From: Candidatus Nanohaloarchaea archaeon
GTDB lineage: Archaea; Nanohalarchaeota; Nanosalinia; Nanosalinales; Nanosalinaceae
Reading direction: 5' to 3'
Assembly (NCBI GenBank): GCA_046539225.1
Contig: JBKHHG010000016.1
Coordinates: 1 to 17,979 of the forward strand
DNA length: 17,979 nucleotides
The notes below the pieces were generated by a model. The model was not told the DNA's origin. It saw only the letters and a program-made list of their open reading frames with translations, and did no database searches. A program made the position numbers and the translations under genes. This document shows, piece after piece, positions 7,844 through 16,392 of this stretch (positions are counted from its first letter, which is position 1; each line of letters starts with the position of its first letter).

Positions 7844-8452
7844 TCACCTTTCAACATCGACTTCCTCTAAATCCAGTAGGTTTTCGTAAGTTTTTAAAAC
7901 CGTATGGCGCCATCCATCACCGAGAGGATCTACAACCTCTATTTTCTGCTCCGGAGCATCAAGATCGAACACGGCAGAGTTCCTAGTCGAATCCGAGTTC
8001 ACAAGTATCTTATCCGCATTGTAGCAGCCTTTCCACTCCAGCTCGGAGATAACCTCGGCATTAGGGCTCTCAAAACCTCTCTCATTCTCCGTTGAGTGAA
8101 GCGTTAAAACCACAGGAACCTCAAACCGCTGCTTGATAGCTGTAGCGCCCGGAACCGTCATCCAGTCATTCGCATGGATCACATCAAAATCCCTTTCCTC
8201 AAAGTACTGACGGGCCTTCTCCTTCATCTCATTATTAAGCATCATAGACCAGCTGTAGAGAGAATCCCCCTCGTAATGAAGCGGAACCCTCTCAACCTCA
8301 ACCCTGTCATCGACAGAGTAATACTCCTTATCATCAAAAGCCAGAATCAAGGCCTCACCACCCTCAGAAACCACCTTTTCGGCCAGAGCCTTCACATACT
8401 CTGAGACCTCATCGCCATCAACAAACTTCCGGGTCAAAAACAGTATCTTCAC
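7844..8452 (-). CDS. GT4 N-terminal (acceptor) domain-only protein, GTG start
   Basis: IHANDWMTVPGATAIK...TLHSTENER...LEW aligns with VHGHDWMAVPGATGIK...TVHSTQKGR...LEW of the next gene. It has no VGR..QKG or EPFG motif. The start overlaps the pgi stop (GTGA). Confidence 0.8.
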   Translation of the reverse strand: MKILFLTRKFVDGDEVSEYVKALAEKVVSEGGEALILAFDDKEYYSVDDRVEVERVPLHYEGDSLYSWSMMLNNEMKEKARQYFEERDFDVIHANDWMTVPGATAIKQRFEVPVVLTLHSTENERGFESPNAEVISELEWKGCYNADKILVNSDSTRNSAVFDLDAPEQKIEVVDPLGDGWRHTVLKTYENLLDLEEVDVER

Positions 8453-9594
8453 TCTCCAAACCTCGCCTCAAAACCTTTCTGCTTGCTTTTCTCGACATCA
8501 GGCTGGTTAAAAGGATCAACCCCTCTCAGCCATGACGAATAAACCGCCAAAAACTGCAGGAAAGCCATAAACCCTCCAACAGAACTATAACTAAACTCCT
8601 CAAGCTCTAACTCAATGAAAGGCCTGTCCTCAGACTCCAAGGCCTCTTTGACCCCTTGAGACTCGGCATTCAGCGATTCTTCATAGCTTAACATTCCAAA
8701 CTCTTCAAGCTTCCTGCCCCTCAACTCAACATCCTCAAGGCCTTCAGGAATTTTTAAGTCTTGGTGTTCATGCGTGGACTCAACGAAAACCGGCAGAACA
8801 TTGTCTCGCCCGCCGAACAGACGTTGATTTGTATGGTGCTGGTACTCAGGACCTAAATCGCCGTAAAAAGTCTGGCCCTCCCCTTTCTTGCAGACAGATT
8901 CGTGCATCAGCTGCACAAGCAGCGGATAAAACCCGAAAAGTCTCGTAGAGTAAAAAGGCGTCAGCACCTCGTTAAATCCACGGTTTTCAGCTTCCAAAAG
9001 CTGCTCAGCCATTTTCGAGGCCTTGTTAGGTTTTCCAGGCGCAAATCTTTTATGCATATCTCTGCCTCCTTCAAATATCGACCTTATATCGAGGCCTATT
9101 AGAGACGCGGGTGCGAGAGCCGTCTCTGAAAGGCCTGTGAATCTTCCGCCGATCTCTGGATGATCAACGGTCTCAAGGCCTTTTCTTTCAGCTATGGTCT
9201 TCAGAGGCGAGTCATGATCAGTTGTCAACGGCATTACTTCGTAGCCTTTTTCAAGGAAGTAAAGTGTAGACTCTATTACACCTGTAGTTGATCCTGACTT
9301 GCTTACAGGCATTACAAGCGTTTCTTCCTTCTTCACAGAAGATTCTACGTGTCTCAGGTAGCCTGGCTCCACCGTTGTAACTATTTCAATGTTTTTATCG
9401 TGTTGATCGCGGAATGCATAGGTTAAAGCTCTGAAGCTTGTTACTGAGCCTCCGTTCCCGATCAGGATAAGGTTTTCGAAGTCTTTTTCCAGGCCTTCAA
9501 GCTTTTCTATATCCGGTTTGTGAAGCGAGAAGTAAGGCCTTGGCTTGTCAAAGCTGCTGTAATCCGTTTCAATCGTTGAATCAATGTTTATCAA
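8449..9594 (-). CDS. pgi: Glucose-6-phosphate isomerase (SIS-domain PGI family), TTG start
   Basis: IGNGGS, VSKSGSTT, IGGRFT, QLMHESVCK, GPEYQHH, VDPFNQPDVEKSK. Confidence 0.88.
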   Translation of the reverse strand: MINIDSTIETDYSSFDKPRPYFSLHKPDIEKLEGLEKDFENLILIGNGGSVTSFRALTYAFRDQHDKNIEIVTTVEPGYLRHVESSVKKEETLVMPVSKSGSTTGVIESTLYFLEKGYEVMPLTTDHDSPLKTIAERKGLETVDHPEIGGRFTGLSETALAPASLIGLDIRSIFEGGRDMHKRFAPGKPNKASKMAEQLLEAENRGFNEVLTPFYSTRLFGFYPLLVQLMHESVCKKGEGQTFYGDLGPEYQHHTNQRLFGGRDNVLPVFVESTHEHQDLKIPEGLEDVELRGRKLEEFGMLSYEESLNAESQGVKEALESEDRPFIELELEEFSYSSVGGFMAFLQFLAVYSSWLRGVDPFNQPDVEKSKQKGFEARFGE

Positions 9595-11333
9595 CTGTTT
9601 TTCACCGCCATTCTATGCGCATCCCTGTAGTTTTCCCCGAGTTTTTCCCAGGAGGTCAGCTGGGCAAGCTTTCTTGCATTATGTTTTCTCTCGGTTATCT
9701 CTGTCTTGTCAAACGACAGGAACTCTTCTATAATTCTTGCAAGATCCTCTACAACTTCTGATCTTTCCCTGTGCCTTCTTTCAAGTATTTCTATGCCTTT
9801 ACGTTCCGATGACTCTACCTGATTCATCAAAAACTGGCCAAAGCCCGCCAAATCTGTAGTGAGAGATAGTGCCCCGTTTGCAGCCGTCTCTACCGGGGTG
9901 TAGCCCCAGGGTTCGTAGTAGCTTGGGAAAAATCCTGCGCTTGATGCCACGACCATATCTTCGTATTCCATTGACAGAAGCTTGTCGCCTACGGAAAGAT
10001 ATGTTGGATAGAATACTGCTTTTACCCTGTCATCTTCAGAGTTGGTTATGCCTTCTTTTTTCAAGGCATTGACTATTTCATCGTTTTCGTAGTTTAATTC
10101 GAAGGCTGATAGCGGCGGGCCTTCGCTGTCTTTCCTGTAGAAGTTTTGCTGCAAGAATTCAAGCTGTTCTGAATCGTTTAATTCTTTTTCAAGCTCTTTT
10201 ACAGGGCTTTCGCCTGAGGCCACGGAGTTTACGAATTTTTTTCGGAGTTCCGGTATTTTTGACTCGATGTAGTCTTCGAGCTCTTCGTATAAAGATTTGT
10301 TTTCGAGGACCTCCATGTCCGGGCCTTTAACGTCGGAGGGTACGAGGAAGAAGAAGTAGAGGTCGTCTCCAGGCCTTTCGTTGATCTTTCCGAGGGCTTC
10401 GATCAGTATGTCGAAGCCTTTGTTGTGGAATTCGTATCTTCCGGAGGTGAAGAATACTCGGGGGTCGTTTTCAAGGTTGACCGGGTAGTAGGGGTCGAAG
10501 TACGCATTCAGGAATTCTTTGACTTTGTCCTTTTTCTGTTTGTGGTTTACGGAGAGATCCTCCAGGCTGGGGTAGTCCTCCACATTAAAGCCGTTTGGCA
10601 GGATCTTGTCCGGTTCTATTCCGTGGATTGCTGAGGCCTCTTGCCCTGTTACATCGCTGACAGTTGTGAATACATCGGCTTCTCTCGCCGCCGCCTGCTC
10701 CATATCATGTTTTTCCTTGACGCCGAGCTCCTCTGCAAGGCCTTCACTGTCTATATCTCCGTCTTCAACCATCGAGATTAAATCGTAGTCGGAGTTGGAC
10801 AGCGCTCTTCCAAGTACTGTGGCGTGAGTCGTGAAGACTGTAGGAGAGTCCACGTTGAAGATGGGGGATGATGAAAGCCATTCGTGGAGGTGTACGACAA
10901 AGTCCTGGTCTTTTTCAAGCTCCTGTATAAGCCGTGAGACTGCGTAACCCCATTTAACCGGTTCATCGAAGTCTGGGCCTGCGTTTATCGAGTCGATGCC
11001 GTGTTTCTCCCAGTAGCTCTGCTTTATCTCGTTTACATCTTTTTCAAGGCCTGAGGCATCGACTAAAACTGTCCTGGGCGATCCTTCGACTTCCCAGACT
11101 CCATAGTAGCATTCTATGCCTTCTTCCCGGAGTTTCTGGAAGGCCTCGCTGTACGGGTTTTCGCGGGGTGCGAACTCTTTCCGCATCGATTCCTCGTCGA
11201 AGTAGCCGACTGTCAGGTAGCCATCCCCGTAGAAGTCGATCATCTTTGAGCTCTTGGAGCTCAGGACCTGGTAGATTCCTCCGACCTTGTTCGCCACTTC
11301 GAAGGATACCTCCACCACCTCAAGATCTCTCAT
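9591..11333 (-). CDS. Glycogen synthase, GT3 (eukaryote-type) family
   Basis: EVSFEVANKVGGIY, HLHEW, FTTHATVLGR, FTTVS, SGRYEFHNKGFD, DRVKAVFYPTYL, FPSYYEPWGYTPVE. Confidence 0.93.
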   Translation of the reverse strand: MRDLEVVEVSFEVANKVGGIYQVLSSKSSKMIDFYGDGYLTVGYFDEESMRKEFAPRENPYSEAFQKLREEGIECYYGVWEVEGSPRTVLVDASGLEKDVNEIKQSYWEKHGIDSINAGPDFDEPVKWGYAVSRLIQELEKDQDFVVHLHEWLSSSPIFNVDSPTVFTTHATVLGRALSNSDYDLISMVEDGDIDSEGLAEELGVKEKHDMEQAAAREADVFTTVSDVTGQEASAIHGIEPDKILPNGFNVEDYPSLEDLSVNHKQKKDKVKEFLNAYFDPYYPVNLENDPRVFFTSGRYEFHNKGFDILIEALGKINERPGDDLYFFFLVPSDVKGPDMEVLENKSLYEELEDYIESKIPELRKKFVNSVASGESPVKELEKELNDSEQLEFLQQNFYRKDSEGPPLSAFELNYENDEIVNALKKEGITNSEDDRVKAVFYPTYLSVGDKLLSMEYEDMVVASSAGFFPSYYEPWGYTPVETAANGALSLTTDLAGFGQFLMNQVESSERKGIEILERRHRERSEVVEDLARIIEEFLSFDKTEITERKHNARKLAQLTSWEKLGENYRDAHRMAVKNS

Positions 11334-11346
11334 ATAAATGACTGCC

Positions 11347-11370
11347 CGTGCACGAGTATAAAAACTCGTG
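11347..11370 (-). promoter_or_regulatory. Glycogen synthase operon promoter: TATA box enclosed by the inverted repeat CACGAG-N8-CTCGTG
   Basis: Minus-strand TTTTTATA (11364-11357) lies 24-31 nt upstream of the ATG at 11333. It is flanked by CACGAG (11351-11356) and CTCGTG (11365-11370). An overlapping palindrome CGTGCACG sits at 11347-11354. Confidence 0.6.
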
Positions 11371-11396
11371 GTGCCACCCCTGGGTTAAAATAAACC

Positions 11397-11404
11397 TTTT
11401 TTAC
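11397..11404 (+). promoter_or_regulatory. TATA-like box of the debranching enzyme-tpi-ADP kinase operon
   Basis: TTTTTTAC lies 24-31 nt upstream of the ATG at 11428, preceded by the A-rich AAAATAAACC. Confidence 0.5.
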
Positions 11405-11427
11405 ACTCGCAGAGACCTACACCTTTT

Positions 11428-13176
11428 ATGTACCACCTGAAGAAACCTGCCGGGAAGACGGGCACGGTCTCGAACCTCGACGCTTTCATCCATAGAGGCC
11501 TCGATACCGGATTCAGCTCGAAGTGGATGGGTGTCTGGAAACCGCCGTTCAAACTTCTTGACTACTACGCATACAAGATCAACGGCATCTGGCTGGATGA
11601 AGAGAGCCTGGATGCTGTGGATTATGGTGATGATATCACGTACTACCATGAAACCGAATCCCTTCACGTACAGGAGAAGATTTCGGCTCCTCAAGGCCTC
11701 CCCGGTGTAAAATCCGAGTTAATGCTTCAGAACAATGAGGATGAAAAAAAGGCGGTGCATATCGTGCTGGAGGCCGGAGTAGACATAAGGGAGAAAAACG
11801 TTGATATCCCGGAGCAGGATTACAGCGTTAGAAGGGACAGCTCCAAGATAGAGGTTGAGTCAGGCAAAAAGCTTTCGATCACATCCGACAGAGAACTACA
11901 TAACTCGGGCGAGGCCTACGTAAAACAGCATTTCCCCGGCGAAAAACAGGAGTGCCTCGTACCGGGAGAGACCGGAGTAATGATCGAACTGGAGCCAGGA
12001 GAAGACAAGAAAGTCGAGTTCCGGTTCACCTCTGGAGAGGCCTCAGACCTTGTAATAGAGAAACAGGACAACAGGGTTGAAGGCAGCCAGAAAAGAGTTT
12101 TCGAGGCCTCAGTCAGAAGCATGGAGAACCTGATATACGACAGGGAAGGCCTCGGAATTATCGCAGGGCATCCATGGTTCCAGAGCTACTGGGCGCGCGA
12201 CACCTTCTGGACCCTACTGGGTTTGATTGACGCAGGCTACTTCAGAGAAGCAGAGAAGATACTGGAAAACTTCGCGGAAAGAGGCCTACCCGGTAAAATC
12301 AACCTTGGAGGAAAAGATGAGGAAACCGGCAGAAACGATACCTACCCACTGTACATAATCGCCGCCGATAAACTCAAACGCCACCACAAAATCTCGGAAA
12401 AGATCGAGGACGGAATGGAAGAGGCCTTCTCCAGGCTCGAGCTGGATAACGGCGTAGTACAACATAACCCGGAGGGGACGTGGATGGACACGCTTGAAAG
12501 GCCTGGAGCCGTCGACGTACAGTGCCTCTGGCTTGAAGCCGCGGAGATAATGGGGGAAAAAGAGGATAAACTTGAAGAAGGCCTTGAAAAGTTTGAAAAC
12601 AATCATATCAAAGACCATTTAGGCGAGGAACCATCCCACACTGTTAATCCTGCGGTAGGCCTCATGTTTGAGCAGTTTGACGAAAAGTATCTTTCGAAGA
12701 TCAACGCAGAGTTTTCATCGCTTTACGGTGCCAGAACCCGTTCATTCACCGATCCAGGCTACGAGTCATCCGGCTACCACACCGGGAGCACCTGGGGCCT
12801 AACAAGCTGCTGGGCCGCAGCCGCCAACCTCCGGAACGGCAAAACCACTCAAGGCCTCAACTTTATAGAAAAGTTCTCAGGCTTCCTCGACCGGAACCAG
12901 CCCGGCGCCTTACCAGAATTAGTCGACTCCGAGACAGGAGAGAGCCTTGGATGCGTTGAACAGGCCTGGAGCGCTGGAATGACAGTCCACGTCATAGACT
13001 CATACCTCTTCGGCATAGAGATCGACAAAGAAAAGATAAAAATCGATCCAGCGCCAGCATACACCGGTGAAAGACATGGAAAACGTGTGGGCGACAACTA
13101 CATTGACATAAAGGTGGAAGACGGCAAAGCCGAAATCCTGAACGATCCAGGCCTTGACAGAGAGGTTTTAACGTGA
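11428..13176 (+). CDS. Amylo-alpha-1,6-glucosidase (glycogen debranching enzyme, GDE_C/GH133-like)
   Basis: IIAGHPWFQSYWARDT, GTWMD, YHTGSTW, LPEL, GCVEQAWS; N-terminal beta-rich domain. Confidence 0.88.
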   Translation: MYHLKKPAGKTGTVSNLDAFIHRGLDTGFSSKWMGVWKPPFKLLDYYAYKINGIWLDEESLDAVDYGDDITYYHETESLHVQEKISAPQGLPGVKSELMLQNNEDEKKAVHIVLEAGVDIREKNVDIPEQDYSVRRDSSKIEVESGKKLSITSDRELHNSGEAYVKQHFPGEKQECLVPGETGVMIELEPGEDKKVEFRFTSGEASDLVIEKQDNRVEGSQKRVFEASVRSMENLIYDREGLGIIAGHPWFQSYWARDTFWTLLGLIDAGYFREAEKILENFAERGLPGKINLGGKDEETGRNDTYPLYIIAADKLKRHHKISEKIEDGMEEAFSRLELDNGVVQHNPEGTWMDTLERPGAVDVQCLWLEAAEIMGEKEDKLEEGLEKFENNHIKDHLGEEPSHTVNPAVGLMFEQFDEKYLSKINAEFSSLYGARTRSFTDPGYESSGYHTGSTWGLTSCWAAAANLRNGKTTQGLNFIEKFSGFLDRNQPGALPELVDSETGESLGCVEQAWSAGMTVHVIDSYLFGIEIDKEKIKIDPAPAYTGERHGKRVGDNYIDIKVEDGKAEILNDPGLDREVLT

Positions 13177-13802
13177 TAGTAATCAACTTCAAGACCTACG
13201 AGCATTCCATGGACTGGGAGGCCAGAAAGCTTTCAAAGCTATGCAAAAAGGCCTCTGAAAAAACCGGTGAAAGAGTTGTATCGGTGCCTCAGCATCAGGA
13301 TCTTCGTGTATGCAGCGGAGAAGTGTTCGCACAGCATATAGACCCTGTTAAACCCGGCAGCCATACAGGAAGCGTTCTCGCGGAGGCTGTTGAAAGATCC
13401 GGAGCCTCAGGTACGCTTTTGAACCATTCAGAGAAGAGACTGGAGAGAGAAGTGCTGGAAGAGTCCATCGAGAGAGCAAAGGATTCAGGCCTTGAAACCG
13501 TGGTATGCGCCCAGTCGCCGGATGAATGCAGGGAGCTAAGCCGTTTAAACCCGGACTACATAGCCTTTGAGCCTCCAGAGCTGATAGGCGGCGACACATC
13601 GGTGTCAGAGGCGGAGCCTGAAATGATTGAAGAGGCCGTGGAAGAATCTGAGGTCGATGTCCTGACAGGCGCAGGTATTAAAAGCCGTGAAGACGTTGCA
13701 AAAAGCATTGAACTCGGCACGGAAGGAGTACTGGTGGCTTCCGGAGTTGTAAAAGCCGAAAACCAGTACGAGGAGATACTGGAGCTCTGTAAAGGCCTAT
13801 GA
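13173..13802 (+). CDS. tpiA: Triosephosphate isomerase, archaeal type, GTG start
   Basis: INFKTY, AQH, GSHTG, LLNHSE, AFEPPELIG, GAGI, GVLVAS. Confidence 0.96.
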   Translation: MIVINFKTYEHSMDWEARKLSKLCKKASEKTGERVVSVPQHQDLRVCSGEVFAQHIDPVKPGSHTGSVLAEAVERSGASGTLLNHSEKRLEREVLEESIERAKDSGLETVVCAQSPDECRELSRLNPDYIAFEPPELIGGDTSVSEAEPEMIEEAVEESEVDVLTGAGIKSREDVAKSIELGTEGVLVASGVVKAENQYEEILELCKGL

Positions 13803-15070
13803 AAGAAATCTGGAGAAATAGGTACAGTGAAATGGCTGAAAGGCCTGAGATCGGAGGTTTCCAGGTTTTAACCGCTTTCAACACCAATATCGACCGCAGA
13901 ATCAATCTTGAAGAGCTTGACTGGGAGTTAGAGGACGCGGAGAAGCTTGAAGAAGTAAAAAGTATTGAAGAAGTCAAAAAGACTTTGAAATACGCTGTAG
14001 AAAACGGTAAAAACATGGAGGTGGACGCGTCAGGCCTGAAGACCGGTATCGACGGCGGGAAAGCGGCTGTAGGCGGCCAGGCAGGGATTATGGCGAACTT
14101 TCTCTCAGGCCTGAACGGCAGCGTAACACTCTACACACCTCTCCTTTCGCAGAAAATGGCGGATATGATCGATGACAGGGTGCTGCATCCCTACTTTGAA
14201 TCGGAGTTCACGCTGAAAAACGTCAGAGACTCGGCGAACACCGACAGAACAAAGGAAAACATTATAATAGAGTTTTCAAGGCCTCAAACCGGGCGTTTAA
14301 TCCTTTCTGACAAGTTAAGAGGTTTCGGACCGTATTTCAGATCTGGTATAGAGGATAACCTCGATAAAATAGATGAAAACATTCAGGGCGCGTTGCTGTC
14401 AGGCTTTCAAAACGTTAAAGGCAATAGAGAGGTTAAAATAGAGAAGGCAAAGCGCCAGATCTCGAGGTTTGACAGTAGAAAGCATCTGGAGCTTGTTGGA
14501 GCGGATAGAAAGCTTTTTCACTTGATTGGACGGGAAGTTCTGCCAGAGGTTGAAAGCGTTGGCATGGATGAGACCGAGGCCTTGAAGCTTGCGGAGATGT
14601 CGGATGAAAGCTACGGTGAGCCTCTTCACATCGGCGAGGCTTACAATCTTATGAAGGAGCTGTTGGAAGAGGCTGAGCTGGAGAGATGCCATCTTCACAC
14701 GTATCGTTACCATCTTATCGTGGCCGAGGAGAGTTATCCGGTTGAATTGGAGGTTTTGAGGGATGGTATGGTGTTTGGAGAGGTTGCAGCGTTGTTAAGA
14801 GCGGATACTGGCGAGATACCATCGATTGAGGAGTTTGAAGGCCTTGATTTTGAGGATAAGCACGTGAAGAATCTGGATGAACTGGAGGATTTTCAGGAGT
14901 TCTTTGATCTGGATAACTTTGTTGAAGAGGGCAAGGCCTTGGTGGAGGATTACAAGGTATGTGCGGTTCCGACCGTGATTCATGAAGACCCCGAGGTTTT
15001 GGTGGGTATGGGTGATTTGATCAGTTCCGGGGCCTTCGCCTACGAGCTTAGCAGAGGGAGCGGACAGTAG
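13799..15070 (+). CDS. ADP-dependent glucokinase/phosphofructokinase (PfkC family)
   Basis: AFNTNID, VGGQAGIMAN, LLSGFQ, HLEL, SVGMDETE, HLHT, C-terminal VGMGDLISSGAF. Substrate specificity cannot be resolved by eye. Confidence 0.88.
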   Translation: MKEIWRNRYSEMAERPEIGGFQVLTAFNTNIDRRINLEELDWELEDAEKLEEVKSIEEVKKTLKYAVENGKNMEVDASGLKTGIDGGKAAVGGQAGIMANFLSGLNGSVTLYTPLLSQKMADMIDDRVLHPYFESEFTLKNVRDSANTDRTKENIIIEFSRPQTGRLILSDKLRGFGPYFRSGIEDNLDKIDENIQGALLSGFQNVKGNREVKIEKAKRQISRFDSRKHLELVGADRKLFHLIGREVLPEVESVGMDETEALKLAEMSDESYGEPLHIGEAYNLMKELLEEAELERCHLHTYRYHLIVAEESYPVELEVLRDGMVFGEVAALLRADTGEIPSIEEFEGLDFEDKHVKNLDELEDFQEFFDLDNFVEEGKALVEDYKVCAVPTVIHEDPEVLVGMGDLISSGAFAYELSRGSGQ

Positions 15071-16355
15071 ACTCTACTTTTCCCAGTATTTCTTCGAGGT
15101 CTTCTTCTGTGTCGGCCTCGCATCTGACGCTCATCTTTTCCTCGGTGCTTGAAGGCCTGACCAAGGCCCAGCCTTTTTCGAACTCTATCTTTACGCCGTC
15201 TTTGGTTGTCATGTTCAGGTCGGAGAACTCTTCTTTGACTCCTTCAATTACTTTCTGCTTCCTGTCTTCTGGACAGTCAATCCTCAGCTCTGGGCTGACA
15301 GGATAATCCGGGTACTCCTCCAAGCGGTCGATCTCTCCCAGGTCGACGATTTCGCACATTAGACAGGCTGCGAGAATACCGTCATCCCATGGAAAACCGA
15401 GGAACGGGAAGTAGTAATGGCCTGAGAGCTCTCCGGCAAAAACAGCATCTTCCTCATGTATTATCTCGGATATAAACGTGTGACCGACTCTGCTCTCAAG
15501 GGCTTCGCCTCCTCTCTCAGTGATTTTTTCTTTCACAAGCTTTGAAGCCCTTAAATCATGCACAATCTTGCCCTTCTTTTCTTCCAAGGCTCTCTCGGCG
15601 AAAAGCGCTATAACCTCGTCTTCAGAGATGTATTCTCCGTTATAGATAAATCCTGCCCGGTCTCCATCCCCGTCAAACAGTATTCCCAGGTCTTCACCAT
15701 TCATCTCTTTTCTCAATGCCTCCTGGGCCTCCTTTTTTGTAGGATCTGACAGATGGTTTGGGAAGTTACCATTAACTTCTTCATTCACGTTTTTAACTTT
15801 GCAGCCGATTGCTTCAAGTACTTCAGGCCCTATCTCTCCGGTTACACCGTTTCCATAGTTCGCCGCCACCTCTATATCGACGTCGAAGATCGAGGATAGC
15901 TCTTCTATATAGGCCTGATCCATGTTTTTCTCTTCTACAGCTGCTTCACCAGATTCAAAGGCCTCTTCTTCGTAGATCTCTTCTATCTGCTTCATGCCTT
16001 TTTTGCGGGACATTGCAAGGCCTCCGCTCAGTGTAAACTTGAAGCCTGTGTACTCTGGCGGGTTATGGGATGCTGTGACGACGGCTCCATGCTCGAAGCC
16101 GAGTCTATCCACCACAAAGTAGAGTACAGGAGTCGCAGTCATTCCTATATCTACTACATCGCTCCCTGTGGAGGTAATTCCTTTTATGAATGCCTCTGTT
16201 ATTTTTTCGGCTTGTTTTCTACCGTCTCTCGCCACTAAAACTTTTTCGTCGCCTATAAATGTGCCGTAGGCCTTTCCGACTTTTTCAGCTTCTTTTTCAG
16301 AGATCTGCTCCGGGTACTTGCCTCTCAGGTCGTACGCGTGGAAGAAATCAGTCAT
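15048..16355 (-). CDS. Phosphoglucomutase/phosphomannomutase
   Basis: FHAYDLRG, TASHNP (phosphoserine), FDGDGDR (metal loop), GELSGHYYF, LVRPSSTE. Confidence 0.95.
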   Translation of the reverse strand: MTDFFHAYDLRGKYPEQISEKEAEKVGKAYGTFIGDEKVLVARDGRKQAEKITEAFIKGITSTGSDVVDIGMTATPVLYFVVDRLGFEHGAVVTASHNPPEYTGFKFTLSGGLAMSRKKGMKQIEEIYEEEAFESGEAAVEEKNMDQAYIEELSSIFDVDIEVAANYGNGVTGEIGPEVLEAIGCKVKNVNEEVNGNFPNHLSDPTKKEAQEALRKEMNGEDLGILFDGDGDRAGFIYNGEYISEDEVIALFAERALEEKKGKIVHDLRASKLVKEKITERGGEALESRVGHTFISEIIHEEDAVFAGELSGHYYFPFLGFPWDDGILAACLMCEIVDLGEIDRLEEYPDYPVSPELRIDCPEDRKQKVIEGVKEEFSDLNMTTKDGVKIEFEKGWALVRPSSTEEKMSVRCEADTEEDLEEILGKVESTVRSLC

Positions 16356-16392
16356 AATATGGTGTATTACTCGGTGTTTTTAGCTCTTGCTG

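Noticed and set aside
7844..8452. Half-GT4 as a frameshifted pseudogene fused to the next ORF
   Set aside because: The downstream GT4 has its own complete N-terminal domain and SD, and only 9 bp separate the genes, leaving no room for a C-domain remnant.
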